DNA of 64,000 nt from Mobula hypostoma (lineage: Eukaryota): positions 35,528,001 to 35,592,000 of the forward strand of contig NC_086097.1 in the NCBI RefSeq assembly GCF_963921235.1. Reading direction: 5' to 3'. Below are positions 1 to 15,000 of the stretch, one piece after another. Position numbers and translations under genes: made by a program. The notes beneath the pieces are model-generated. The model searched no databases. It was not told the origin of the DNA and was given only the letters and a program-made list of their open reading frames with translations. Within the stretch, counting starts at the first letter, position 1. Every line of letters starts with the position of its first letter.

Positions 1-3000
1 ATCCTGAACCCGCACATCCTCCTCTCCCTCCTGTACGTCCTAAAACCTCACATCCTCCTGGCCCTCCTGTACATTCTAAACACTCAAATCCTCCACTCCC
101 TCCTATACATCCTAAACGTTCACATCCCCCTCTCCCTCCTGTACATCCTGAACCCTCACATCCTCCTCTCCATTCTGTACATCTTAAACACTCACATCCT
201 TTTCTCCCTCCTGTACATCCTAAACCCTCACATCCACTCCCTCCTGTACATCGAAAAAAGGCTCACATCCTCCCCTACATCCTGTACATCCTGAAGCAGC
301 ACATCCTCCTCTCCCTCCTGCACATCCTAAACCGTCACATCTTCCTCTCCCTCCTGTACATCCTAAACCCTCAAATCCTCCTCTCCCACCTGTACATCCT
401 AAGCGCTCACATCCTCCTCTCCCTACCGTACATCCTAAACCCTCACATCGTCCGCTCCCTCCTGTACATCCTAAACCCTCACATTCTCCTCTCCCTCCTG
501 TACATCCTAAACACTCACATCCTCCTCTCCCTGCTGTACATCCTAAACACTCACATCCTCCTGTCCCTCCTGTATATCCTAAAACCTCACATCTTCCTCT
601 CTCTCCTGTACATCCTAAACCCTCACATCCTCCGCTCCCTCCTGTACATCCTAAACCCTCACATCCTCCTCTCCCTCCTGTACATCCTAAACCCTCACAT
701 CCTCCTCTCCTCCAATACATACCAAACCCTCACATCCTCCGCTCCCTCCTGTACATCCTAAACCCACACACCCTCCTGCTGCTCCTGTACAACTTAAACA
801 CTCACATCCTCCTCTCCCTCCTGTACATCCTAAACCCTCACATGCTCCTCTCCCTCCTGTATATCCTAAACCTTCACATCCTCCTCTCGCTCCTGTACAT
901 CCTAAACCTTCACATCCTCCTCTCCCTCCTCTACATTCTGAACCTGCACATCCTCCTCTCCCTCCTTTACATCCTAAACCCTCACATCCTCCTCTCCCTC
1001 CTGTAGATTCCAAACATTCAAATCCTCCTCTCCCTCCTTAACATCCTAAACGTTCACATCCACCTCTCCCTCCTGTACATCCTAAACCCTCACATTCTCC
1101 TCTCCCTCCTGTACATCCTAAACCCTCACATCCTCCTGTCCCTCCTGTACATCCTAAACCCTCACATGCTCCTCTCCCTCCTGTACATCCGAAACCCACA
1201 CATCCTCCTCTCCCTCCTGTACATCCTAAACCCTCACAACCTGATCTCCCTCCTGTACATTCTAAACACTCAAATCCTCCTCTCCATCCTATACATCCAA
1301 AACGTACACATCCCCCTCTCCCTCCTGTACATCCAATACCCTCACATCCATTCCCTCCTGTACATCGTAAACCCTCACATCCTCACCTACCTCCTGTACA
1401 TCCTAAACCCGCACATCCTACTCTCCCTCCTGTACATCCTAAACCCTCACATCCTCCTCTCCCTCCTGTACATCCTAAACCCTAACATCCTCCTAACCCT
1501 CCTGTACATCCTAAACCCTCACGTCCTCCTCTCCCTCCTCTAAATCCTGAACCCTCACATCCTCCTCTCCCTCATGTACATCCTAAATCCTAACATTCTC
1601 CTAACCCTCCTGTACATCCTAAACCCTCAAATCTTCGTCTCCCTCCTCTACATCATGAACCCGCACATCCTCCTCTCCCTCCTGTACGTCCTAAAACCTC
1701 ACATCCTCCTGGCCCTCCTGTACATTCTAAACACTCAAATCCTCCTCTCATTCCTGTACATCCTAAACCCTCACATCCTCCTCTCCATTCTGTACATCCT
1801 AAACCCTCACATCCTCCTCTCCATTCTGTACATCCTAAACCCTCACATCCACTACCTCCTGTACATCGAAAAAAGCCTCACATCGTCCCCTACATCCTGT
1901 ACATCCTAAAGCAGCACATCCTCCTCTCCCTCCTGCACATCCTAAACCGTCACATCCTCCTCTCCCTCCTGTACATCCTAAACCCTCAAATCCTCCTCTC
2001 CCACCTGTACATCCTAAGCGCTCACATCCTCCTCTCCCTCCCGTACATCCTAAACCCTCACATCGTCCGCTCCCTCCTGTACATCCTAAACCCTCACATT
2101 CTCCTCTCCCTCCTGTACATCCTAAACACTCACATCCTCCTCTCCCTGCTGTACATCCTAAACACTCACATCCTCCTGTCCCTCCTGTATATCCTAAACC
2201 CTCACATCTTCCTCTCTCTCCTGTACATCCTAAACCCTCACATCCTCCGCTCCCTCCTGTACATCCTAAACCCTCAGATCCTTCTCTCCCTCCTGTACAT
2301 CCTAAACCCTCATATCCTCCTCTCCGTACTGTACATCCTAAACCCTCATATCCTCCTCTCCCTCCTGTACATCCTAAACCCTCGCATCCTCCACTCCCTC
2401 CTGTACATCCTAAACCCTCACATCCTCCTCTCGCTCCTGTATATCCTGAACCCTCACATCCTCCTCTCCCTTCTGTATATCCTAAACCCTCACATCCTCC
2501 TGTCCCTCCTGTACATCCTAAACCCTCACATCCTCCTCTCCATTCTGTACATCTTAAACACTCACATCCTCCTATCCCTCCTGTACATCCTAAACCCTCA
2601 CATCCACTACCTCCTGTACATCGAAAAAAGCCTCACATCCTCCCCTACATCCTGTACATCCTAAAGCAGCACATCCTCCTCTCCCTCCTGCACATCCTAA
2701 ACCGTCACATCTTCCTCTCCCTCCTGTACATCCTAAACCCTCACATCCTCCTCTCCCTCCTGTACATCCTAAACCCTCAAATCCTCCTCTCCCACCTGTA
2801 CATCCTAAGCGCTCACATCCTCCTCTCCCTCCCGTACATCCTAAACCCTCACATCGTCCGCTCCCTCCTGTACATCCTAAACCCTCACATTCTCCTCTCC
2901 CTCCTGTACATCCTAAACCCTCACATCTTCCTCTCTCTCCTGTACATCCTAAACCCTCACATCCTCCGCTCCCTCCTGTACATCCTAAACCCTCAGATCC

Positions 3001-6000
3001 TTCTCTATCTCCTGTACAGCCTAAACCCTCATATCCTCCTCTCCGTCCTGTACATCCTAAAACCTCATATCCTCCTCTCCCTCCTGTACATCCTAAACCC
3101 TCGCATCCTCCACTCCCTCCTGTACATCCTAAACCCTCACATCCTCCTCTCGCTCCTGTATATCCTGAACCCTCACATCCTCCTCTCCCTCCTGTATATC
3201 CTAAACCCTCACATCCTCCTGTCCCTCCTGTACATCCTAAACCCTCACATCCTCCTCTCCCAACTATACATACGAAGCCCTCACATCCTCCTCTCCCTCC
3301 TGTACATCATAAACCCTCACATCCTCCTGTCCCTACTGTACATTCTAAACACTCAAATCCTCCTCTACCTCCTGTACATCCTAAACCCTCACATCCTCCT
3401 CTCCATCCTGTACATCCTAAACACTCACATCCTCCTCTCCCTCCTGTACATCTTAAACCGTCACATCCACTCCGTCCTGTACATCGTAAACCTTCAAATT
3501 CTCCCCTACCTCCTGTACATCCTAAACCCACACATCCTCCTCTCCCTCCTGTACATACTAAACCCTCACATCCTCCTCTCCCTCCTGTACATCCTAAACC
3601 CTCACATCCTCCTCTCCCAACTATACATACTAAGCCCTCACATCCTCCTCTCCCTCCCGTACATCCTAAACCCTCACATCCTCTGCTCCCTCCTGTACAT
3701 CCTAAACCCTCACAACCTTCTCTCCCTCCTGCAGATCCTAAACCCTCACATCCTCCTCTCCCTCCTGTACATCCTAAACCCTCACATCCTCCTCTCCCTC
3801 CTGTACATTCTAAACCCTCACATCCTCCTCTCCCTCCTCTACATCCTGAACCCGCACATCCTCCTATCCCTCCTGTACATCCTAAACCCTCACATGCTCC
3901 TCTCCCTCCAGTACATCCTAAACCTTCACATCCTCCTGTCCCTCCTGTATATCCAAAACCCTCACATCTTCCTCTCTCTCCTGTACATCCTAAACCCTCA
4001 CATCCTCCGCTCCCTCCTGTACATCCTAAACCCTCAGATCCTTCTCTCCCTCCTGTACATCCTAAACCCTCATATCCTCCTCTCCGTCCTGTACATCCTA
4101 AACCCTCATATCCTCCTCTCCCTCCTGTACATCCTAAACCCACACACCCTGCTGCTGCTCCTGTACAACTTAAACACTCACATCCTCCTCTCCCTCCTGT
4201 ACATCCTAAACACTCACATCCTCCTGTCCCTCCTGTATATCCTAAAACCTCACATCTTCCTCTCTCTCCTGTACATCCTAAACCCTCACATCCTCCGCTC
4301 CCTCCTGTACATCCTAAACCCTCACATCCTCCTCTCCCTCCTGTACATCCTAAACCCTCACATCCTCCTCTCCTCCAATACATACCAAACCCTCACATCC
4401 TCCTCTCCCTCCTGTACATCCTAAACCCACACACCCTCCTGCTGCTCCTGTACAACTTAAACACTCACATCCTCCTCTCCCTCCTGTACATCCTAAACCC
4501 TCACATGCTCCTCTCCCTCCTGTATATCCTAAACCCTCACATCCTCCTCTCGCTCCTGTACATCCTAAACCTTCACATCCTCCTCTCCCTCCTCTACATT
4601 CTGAACCTGCACATCCTCCTCTCCCTCCTTTACATCCTAAACCCTCACATCCTCCTCTCCCTCCTGTAGATTCCAAACACTCAAATCTTCCGCTCCCTCC
4701 TTAACATCCTAAACGTTCACATCCACCTCTCCCTCCTGTACATCCTAAACCCTCACATCCTCCTCTCCCTCCTGTACATCCTAAACCCTCACATCCTCCT
4801 GTCCCTCCTGTACATCCTAAACCCTCACATGCTCCTCTCCCTCCTGTACATCCGAAACCCACACATCCTCCTCTCCCTCCTGTACATCCTAAACCCTCAC
4901 AACCTGATCTCCCTCCTGTACATTCTAAACACTCAAATCCTCCTCTCCATCCTATACATCCAAAACGTACACATCCCCCTCTCCCTCCTGTACATCCAAA
5001 ACCCTCACATCCATTCCCTCCTGTACATCGTAAACCCTCACATCCTCACCTACCTCCTGTACATCCTAAACCCGCACATCCTACTCTCCCTCCTGTACAT
5101 CCTAAACCCTCACATCCTCCTCTCCCTCCTGTACATCCTAAACCCTAACATCCTCCTAACCCTCCTGTACATCCTAAACCCTCACGTCCTCCTCTCCCTC
5201 CTCTAAATCCTGAACCCTCACATCCTCCTCTCCCTCATGTACATCCTAAACCCTAACATTCTCCTAACCCTCCTGTACATCCTAAACCCTCAAATCTTCG
5301 TCTCCCTCCTCTACATCATGAACCCGCACATCCTCCTCTCCCTCCTGTACGTCCTAAAACCTCACATCCTCCTGGCCCTCCTGTACATTCTAAACACTCA
5401 AATCCTCCTCTCATTCCTGTACATCCTAAACCCTCACATCCTCCTCTCCATTCTGTACATCCTAAACCCTCACATCCTCCTCTCCATTCTGTACATCCTA
5501 AACCCTCACATCCACTACCTCCTGTACATCGAAAAAAGCCTCACATCGTCCCCTACATCCTGTACATCCTAAAGCAGCACATTCTCCTCTCCCTCCTGCA
5601 CATCCTAAACCGTCACATCCTCCTCTCCCTCCTGTACATCCTAAACCCTCAAATCCTCCTCTCCCACCTGTACATCCTAAGCGCTCACATCCTCCTCTCC
5701 CTCCCGTACATCCTAAACCCACACATCGTCCGCTCCCTCCTGTACATCCTAAACCCTCACATTCTCCTCTCCCTCCTGTACATCCTAAACACTCACATCC
5801 TCCTCTCCCTGCTGTACATCCTAAACACTCACATCCTCCTGTCCCTCCTGTATATCCTAAACCCTCACATCTTCCTCTCTCTCCTGTACATCCTAAACCC
5901 TCACATCCTCCGCTCCCTCCTGTACATCCTAAACCCTCAGATCCTTCTCTCCCTCCTGTACATCCTAAACCCTCATATCCTCCTCTCCGTACTGTACATC

Positions 6001-9000
6001 CTAAACCCTCATATCCTCCTCTCCCTCCTGTACATCCTAAACCCTCGCATCCTCCACTCCCTCCTGTACATCCTAAACCCTCACATCCTCCTCTCGCTCC
6101 TGTATATCCTGAACCCTCACATCCTCCTCTCCCTTCTGTATATCCTAAACCCTCACATCCTCCTGTCCCTCCTGTACATCCTAAACCCTCACATCCTCCT
6201 CTCCATTCTGTACATCTTAAACACTCACATCCTCCTCTCCCTCCTGTACATCCTAAACCCTCACATCCACTACCTCCTGTACATCGAAAAAAGCCTCACA
6301 TCCTCCCCTACATCCTGTACATCCTAAAGCAGCACATCCTCCTCTCCCTCCTGCACATCCTAAACCGTCACATCTTCCTCTCCCTCCTGTACATCCTAAA
6401 CCCTCACATCCTCCTCTCCCTCCTGTACATCCTAAACCCTCAAATCCTCCTCTCCCACCTGTACATCCTAAGCGCTCACATCCTCCTCTCCCTCCCGTAC
6501 ATCCTAAACCCTCACATCGTCCGCTCCCTCCTGTACATCCTAAACCCTCACATTCTCCTCTCCCTCCTGTACATCCTAAACCCTCACATCTTCCTCTCTC
6601 TCCTGTACATCCTAAACCCTCACATCCTCCGCTCCCTCCTGTACATCCTAAACCCTCAGATCCTTCTCTATCTCCTGTACAGCCTAAACCCTCATATCCT
6701 CCTCTCCGTCCTGTACATCCTAAAACCTCATATCCTCCTCTCCCTCCTGTACATCCTAAACCCTCGCATCCTCCACTCCCTCCTGTACATCCTAAACCCT
6801 CACATCCTCCTCTCGCTCCTGTATATCCTGAACCCTCACATCCTCCTCTCCCTCCTGTATATCCTAAACCCTCACATCCTCCTGTCCCTCCTGTACATCC
6901 TAAACCCTCACATCCTCCTCTCCCAACTATACATACGAAGCCCTCACATCCTCCTCTCCCTCCTGTACATCATAAACCCTCACATCCTCCTGTCCCTACT
7001 GTACATTCTAAACACTCAAATCCTCCTCTACCTCCTGTACATCCTAAACCCTCACATCCTCCTCTCCATCCTGTACATCCTAAACACTCACATCCTCCTC
7101 TCCCTCCTGTACATCTTAAACCGTCACATCCACTCCGTCCTGTACATCGTAAACCTTCAAATTCTCCCCTACCTCCTGTACATCCTAAACCCACACATCC
7201 TCCTCTCCCTCCTGTACATACTAAACCCTCACATCCTCCTCTCCCTCCTGTACATCCTAAACCCTCACATCCTCCTCTCCCAACTATACATACTAAGCCC
7301 TCACATCCTCCTCTCCCTCCCGTACATCCTAAACCCTCACATCCTCTGCTCCCTCCTGTACATCCTAAACCCTCACAACCTTCTCTCCCTCCTGCAGATC
7401 CTAAACCCTCACATCCTCCTCTCCCTCCTGTACATCCTAAACCCTCACATCCTCCTCTCCCTCCTGTACATTCTAAACCCTCACATCCTCCTCTCCCTCC
7501 TCTACATCCTGAACCCGCACATCCTCCTATCCCTCCTGTACATCCTAAACCCTCACATGCTCCTCTCCCTCCAGTACATCCTAAACCTTCACATCCTCCT
7601 GTCCCTCCTGTATATCCAAAACCCTCACATCTTCCTCTCTCTCCTGTACATCCTAAACCCTCACATCCTCCGCTCCCTCCTGTACATCCTAAACCCTCAG
7701 ATCCTTCTCTCCCTCCTGTACATCCTAAACCCTCATATCCTCCTCTCCGTCCTGTACATCCTAAACCCTCATATCCTCCTCTCCCTCCTGTACATCCTAA
7801 ACCCACACACCCTGCTGCTGCTCCTGTACAACTTAAACACTCACATCCTCCTCTCCCTCCTGTACATCCTAAACACTCACATCCTCCTCTCCCTCCTGTA
7901 CATCCTAAACACTCACATCCTCCTCTCCCTCCTGTACATCCTAAACCCTCACATCCTCCTCTCCCTCCTGTACATCCTAAACCCTCACATCCTCCTCTCC
8001 CTCCTGTACATCCTAAACCCTCACATCCTCCTCTCCTCCTGTACATCCTAAACCCTCACATCCTCCTCTCCCTCCTGTACATCCTAAACCCACACACCCT
8101 CCTGCTGCTCCTGTACAACTTAAACACTCACATCCTCCTCTCCCTCCTGTACATCCTAAACCCTCACATGCTCCTCTCCCTCCTGTACATCCTAAACCCT
8201 CACATCCTCCTGTCCCTCCTGTATATCCTAAACCCTCACATCCTCCTCTCGCTCCTGTACATCCTAAACCATCACATCCTCCTCTCCCTCCTCTACATCC
8301 TGAACCCTCACATCCTCCTCTCGCTCCTGTACATCCTAAACCATCACATCCTCCTCTCCCTCCTGTAGATTCTAAACACTCAAATCCTCCTCTCCCTCCT
8401 TAACATCCTAAACTTTCACATCCCCCTCTCCCTCCTGTACATCCTAAACACTCACATCCTCCTCTCCCTCCTGTACATCCTAAACCCTTCCTTCCCTACA
8501 TCCTGCACATCCTCCTCTCCCTCCTGTACATCCTAAACCCTCACGTCCTCCTCTGTGTCCTGTACGTCCTAAACCCTCACATCCTCCTCTCCCTCCTGTA
8601 CATCCTAAACCCTCACATCCTCCTAACCCTCCTGTACATCCTAAACCCTCACATCCTCCTCTCCCTCCTGTACATCCTGAACCCTCACGTCCTCCTCTCC
8701 CTCCTGTACATCCTAAACCCTCACATCCTCCTCTCCCTCCTGTACATCCTAAACCCTCAAATCTTCGTCTCCCTCCTCTACATCATGAACCCGCACATCC
8801 TCCTCTCCCTCCTGTACGTCCTAAAACCTCACATCCTCCTGGCCCTCCTGTACATTCTAAACACTCAAATCCTCCTCTCATTCCTGTACATCCTAAACCC
8901 TCACATCCTCCTCTCCATTCTGTACATCCTAAACCCTCACATCCTCCTCTCCATTCTGTACATCCTAAACCCTCACATCCACTACCTCCTGTACATCGAA

Positions 9001-12000
9001 GTACATCCTAAACCCTCACATCCTCCACTCCCTCCTGTTCATCCTAAACCCTCGCATCCTCCTCTCCCTCTTGTACATCCTCAACCTTCACATCCTCCTC
9101 TCCCTCCTGTACATCCTAAACCCTCACATCCTCCTCTCTCTCCTGTACATCCTAAACCCTCACATCCTCCTCTCCCTCCTGTACATCCTAAACCCTCACA
9201 TCCTCCTCTCCCTCCTGTACATCCTAAACCCTCACATCCTCCTCTCCCTCCTGTACATCCTAAACCCTCACATCCTCCTCTCCCTCCTGTACATCCTAAA
9301 CCCTCACATCCTCCTCTCCCTCCTGTACATCCTAAACCCTCACATCCTCCTCTCCCTCCTGTACATCCTAAACCCTCACATCCTCCTCTCCCTCCTGTAC
9401 ATCCTAAACCCTCACATTCTCCTCTCCCTCCTGTACATCCTAAACACTCACATCCTCCTCTCCCTGCTGTACATCCTAAACACTCACATCCTCCTGTCCC
9501 TCCTGTATATCCTAAACCCTCACATCTTCCTCTCTCTCCTGTACATCCTAAACCCTCACATCCTCCGCTCCCTCCTGTACATCCTAAACCCTCAGATCCT
9601 TCTCTCCCTCCTGTACATCCTAAACCCTCATATCCTCCTCTCCGTACTGTACATCCTAAACCCTCATATCCTCCTCTCCCTCCTGTACATCCTAAACCCT
9701 CGCATCCTCCACTCCCTCCTGTACATCCTAAACCCTCACATCCTCCTCTCGCTCCTGTATATCCTGAACCCTCACATCCTCCTCTCCCTTCTGTATATCC
9801 TAAACCCTCACATCCTCCTGTCCCTCCTGTACATCCTAAACCCTCACATCCTCCTCTCCATTCTGTACATCTTAAACACTCACATCCTCCTCTCCCTCCT
9901 GTACATCCTAAACCCTCACATCCACTACCTCCTGTACATCGAAAAAAGCCTCACATCCTCCCCTACATCCTGTACATCCTAAAGCAGCACATCCTCCTCT
10001 CCCTCCTGCACATCCTAAACCGTCACATCTTCCTCTCCCTCCTGTACATCCTAAACCCTCACATCCTCCTCTCCCTCCTGTACATCCTAAACCCTCAAAT
10101 CCTCCTCTCCCACCTGTACATCCTAAGCGCTCACATCCTCCTCTCCCTCCCGTACATCCTAAACCCTCACATCGTCCGCTCCCTCCTGTACATCCTAAAC
10201 CCTCACATTCTCCTCTCCCTCCTGTACATCCTAAACCCTCACATCTTCCTCTCTCTCCTGTACATCCTAAACCCTCACATCCTCCGCTCCCTCCTGTACA
10301 TCCTAAACCCTCAGATCCTTCTCTATCTCCTGTACAGCCTAAACCCTCATATCCTCCTCTCCGTCCTGTACATCCTAAAACCTCATATCCTCCTCTCCCT
10401 CCTGTACATCCTAAACCCTCGCATCCTCCACTCCCTCCTGTACATCCTAAACCCTCACATCCTCCTCTCGCTCCTGTATATCCTGAACCCTCACATCCTC
10501 CTCTCCCTCCTGTATATCCTAAACCCTCACATCCTCCTGTCCCTCCTGTACATCCTAAACCCTCACATCCTCCTCTCCCAACTATACATACGAAGCCCTC
10601 ACATCCTCCTCTCCCTCCTGTACATCATAAACCCTCACATCCTCCTGTCCCTACTGTACATTCTAAACACTCAAATCCTCCTCTACCTCCTGTACATCCT
10701 AAACCCTCACATCCTCCTCTCCATCCTGTACATCCTAAACACTCACATCCTCCTCTCCCTCCTGTACATCTTAAACCGTCACATCCACTCCGTCCTGTAC
10801 ATCGTAAACCCTCAAATTCTCCCCTACCTCCTGTACATCCTAAACCCACACATCCTCCTCTCCCTCCTGTACATACTAAACCCTCACATCCTCCTCTCCC
10901 TCCTGTACATCCTAAACCCTCACATCCTCCTCTCCCAACTATACATACTAAGCCCTCACATCCTCCTCTCCCTCCCGTACATCCTAAACCCTCACATCCT
11001 CCGCTCCCTCCTGTACATCCTAAACCCTCACAACCTTCTCTCCCTCCTGCAGATCCTAAACCCTCACATCCTCCTCTCCCTCCTGTACATCCTAAACCCT
11101 CACATCCTCCTCTCCCTCCTGTACATTCTAAACCCTCACATCCTCCTCTCCCTCCTCTACATCCTGAACCCGCACATCCTCCTATCCCTCCTGTACATCC
11201 TAAACCCTCACATGCTCCTCTCCCTCCAGTACATCCTAAACCTTCACATCCTCCTGTCCCTCCTGTATATCCAAAACCCTCACATCTTCCTCTCTCTCCT
11301 GTACATCCTAAACCCTCACATCCTCCGCTCCCTCCTGTACATCCTAAACCCTCAGATCCTTCTCTCCCTCCTGTACATCCTAAACCCTCATATCCTCCTC
11401 TCCGTCCTGTACATCCTAAACCCTCATATCCTCCTCTCCCTCCTGTACATCCTAAACCCACACACCCTGCTGCTGCTTCTGTACAACTTAAACACTCAAA
11501 TCCTCCTCTCCCTCCTTAACATCCTAAACGTTCACATCCACCTCTCCCTCCTGTACATCCTAAACACTCACATCCTCCTCTCCCTCCTGTACATCCTAAA
11601 CTCTCACATCCACCTCTCCCTCCTGTACATCCTAAACCCTCACATCCACTCCCTCCTGTACATCGTAAATCCTCAAATCCTCACCTACCTCCTGTACATC
11701 CTAAACCCTCATATCCTCCTCTCCCTCCTGTACATCCTCAACCCACACACCCTGCTGCTGCTCCTGTACAACTTAAACACTCACATCCTCCTCTCCCTCC
11801 TGTACATCCAAATCCCTCACATGCTCCTCTCCCTCCTGTACATCCTAAACCGTCACATCCTCCTGTCCCTCCTGTATATCCTAAACCCTCACATCCTCCT
11901 CTCGCTCCTGTACATCCTAAACCTTCACATCCTCCTCTCCCTCCTCTACATTCTGAACCCGCACATCCTCCTCTCCCTCCTTTACATCCTAAACCCTCAC

Positions 12001-15000
12001 ATCCTCCTCTCCCTCCAGTAGATTCCAAACACTCAAATCCTCCTCTCCCTCCTTAAATTCCTAAACGTTCACATCCACCTCTCCCTCCTGTACATCCTAA
12101 ACACTCACATCCTCCTCTCCCTCCTGTACATCCTAAACTCTCACATCCACCTCTCCCTCCTGTACATCCTAAACCCTCACATCCACTACCTCCTGTACAT
12201 CGAAAAAAGCCTCACATCCTCCCCTACATCCTGTACATCCTAAAGCAGCACATCCTCCTCTCCCTCCTGCACATCCTAAACCCTCACATTCTCCTCTCCC
12301 TCCTGTACATCCTAAACACTCACATCCTCCTCTCCCTGCTGTACATCCTAAACACTCACATCCTCCTGTCCCTCCTGTATATCCTAAACCCTCACATCTT
12401 CCTCTCTCTCCTGTACATCCTAAACCCTCACATCCTCCGCTCCCTCCTGTACATCCTAAACCCTCAGATCCTTCTCTCCCTCCTGTACATCCTAAACCCT
12501 CATATCCTCCTCTCCGTACTGTACATCCTAAACCCTCATATCCTCCTCTCCCTCCTGTACATCCTAAACCCTCGCATCCTCCACTCCCTCCTGTACATCC
12601 TAAACCCTCACATCCTCCTCTCGCTCCTGTATATCCTGAACCCTCACATCCTCCTCTCTCTTCTGTATATCCTAAACCCTCACATCCTCCTGTCCCTCCT
12701 GTACATCCTAAACCCTCACATCCTCCTCTCCATTCTGTACATCTTAAACACTCACATCCTCCTCTCCCTCCTGTACATCCTAAACCCTCACATCCACTAC
12801 CTCCTGTACATCGAAAAAAGCCTCACATCCTTCCCTACATCCTGTACATCCTAAAGCAGCACATCCTCCTCTCCCTCCTGCACAACCTAAACCGTCACAT
12901 CTTCCTCTCCCTCCTGTACATCCTAAACCCTCACATCCTCCTCTCCCTCCTGTACATCCTAAACCCTCAAATCCTCCTCTCCCACCTGTACATCCTAAGC
13001 GCTCACATCCTCCTCTCCCTCCCGTACATCCTAAACCCTCACATCCTCCGCTCCCTCCTGTACATCCTAAACCCTCACATTCTCCTCTCCCTCCTGTACA
13101 TCCTAAACCCTCACATCTTCCTCTCTCTCCTGTACATCCTAAACCCTCACATCCTCCGCTCCCTCCTGTACATCCTAAACCCTCAGATCCTTCTCTATCT
13201 CCTGTACATCCTAAACCCTCATATCCTCCTCTCCGTCCTGTACATCCTAAAACCTCATATCCTCCTCTCCCTCCTGTACATCCTAAACACTCGCATCCTC
13301 CACACCCTCCTGTACATCCTAAACCCTCACATCCTCCTCTCGCTCCTGTATATCCTGAACCCTCACATCCTCCTCTCCCTCCTGTATATCCTAAACCCTC
13401 ACATCCTCCTGTCCCTCCTGTACATCCTAAACCCTCACATCCTCCTCTCCCAACTATACATACGAAGCCCTCACATCCTCCTCTCCCTCCTGTACATCAT
13501 AAACCCTCACATCCTCCTGTCCCTACTGTACATTCTAAACACTCAATTCCTCCTCTAGCTCCTGTACATCCTAAACCCTCACATCCTCCTCTCCATCCTG
13601 TACATCCTAAACACTCACATCCTCCTCTCCCTCCTGTACATCTTAAACCGTCACATCCACTCCGTCCTGTACATCGTAAACCCTCAAATTCTCCCCTACC
13701 TCCTGTACATCCTAAACCCACACATCCTCCTCTCCCTCCTGTACATACTAAACCCTCACATCCTCCTCTCCCTCCTGTACATCCTAAACCCTCACATCCT
13801 CCTCTCCCAACTATACATACTAAGCCCTCACATCCTCCTCTCCCTCCAGTACATCCTAAACCTTCACATCCTCCTGTCCCTCCTGTATATCCTAAACCCT
13901 CACATCTTCCTCTCTCTCCTGTACATCCTAAACCCTCACATCCTCCGCTCCCTCCTGTACATCCTAAACCCTCAGATCCTTCTCTCCCTCCTGTACATCC
14001 TAAACCCTCATATCCTCCTCTCCGTCCTGTACATCCTAAACCCTCATATCCTCCTCTCCCTCCAGTACATCCTAAACCCACACACCCTGCTGCTGCTTCT
14101 GTACAACTTAAACACTCACATCCTCCTCTCCCTCCTGTACATCCTAAACCCTCACATGCTCCTCTCCCTCCTGTACATCCTAAACCCTCACATTCTCCTC
14201 TCCCTCCTGTACATCCTAAACACTCACATCCTCCTCTCCCTGCTGTACATCCTAAACACTCACATCCTCCTGTCCCTCCTGTATATCCTAAACCCTCACA
14301 TCTTCCTCTCTCTCCTGTACATCCTAAACCCTCACATCCTCCTCTCCCTCCTGTACATCCTAAACCCTCAGATCCTTCTCTCCCTCCTGTACATCCTAAA
14401 CCCTCATATCCTCCTCTCCGTACTGTACATCCTAAACCCTCATATCCTCCTCTCCCTCCTGTACATCCTAAACCCTCACATCCTCCACTCCCTCCTGTAC
14501 ATCCTAAACCCTCACATCCTCCTCTCGCTCCTGTATATCCTGAACCCTCACATCCTCCTCTCCCTTCTGTATATCCTAAACCCTCACATCCTCCTGTCCC
14601 TCCTGTACATCCTAAACCCTCACATCCTCCTCTCCATTCTGTACATCTTAAACACTCACATCCTCCTCTCCCTCCTGTACATCCTAAACCCTCACATCCA
14701 CTACCTCCTGTACATCGAAAAAAGCCTCACATCCTCCCCTACATCCTGTACATCCTAAAGCAGCACATCCTCCTCTCCCTCCTGCACATCCTAAACCGTC
14801 ACATCTTCCTCTCCCTCCTGTACATCCTAAACCCTCACATCCTCCTCTCCCTCCTGTACATCCTAAACCCTCACATCCTCCTCTCCCTCCTGTACATCCT
14901 AAACGCTCACATCCTCCTCTCCCTCCTGTACATCCTAAACCCTCACATCCTCCTCTCCCTCCTGTACATCCTAAACCCTCACATCCTCCTCTCCCTCCTG

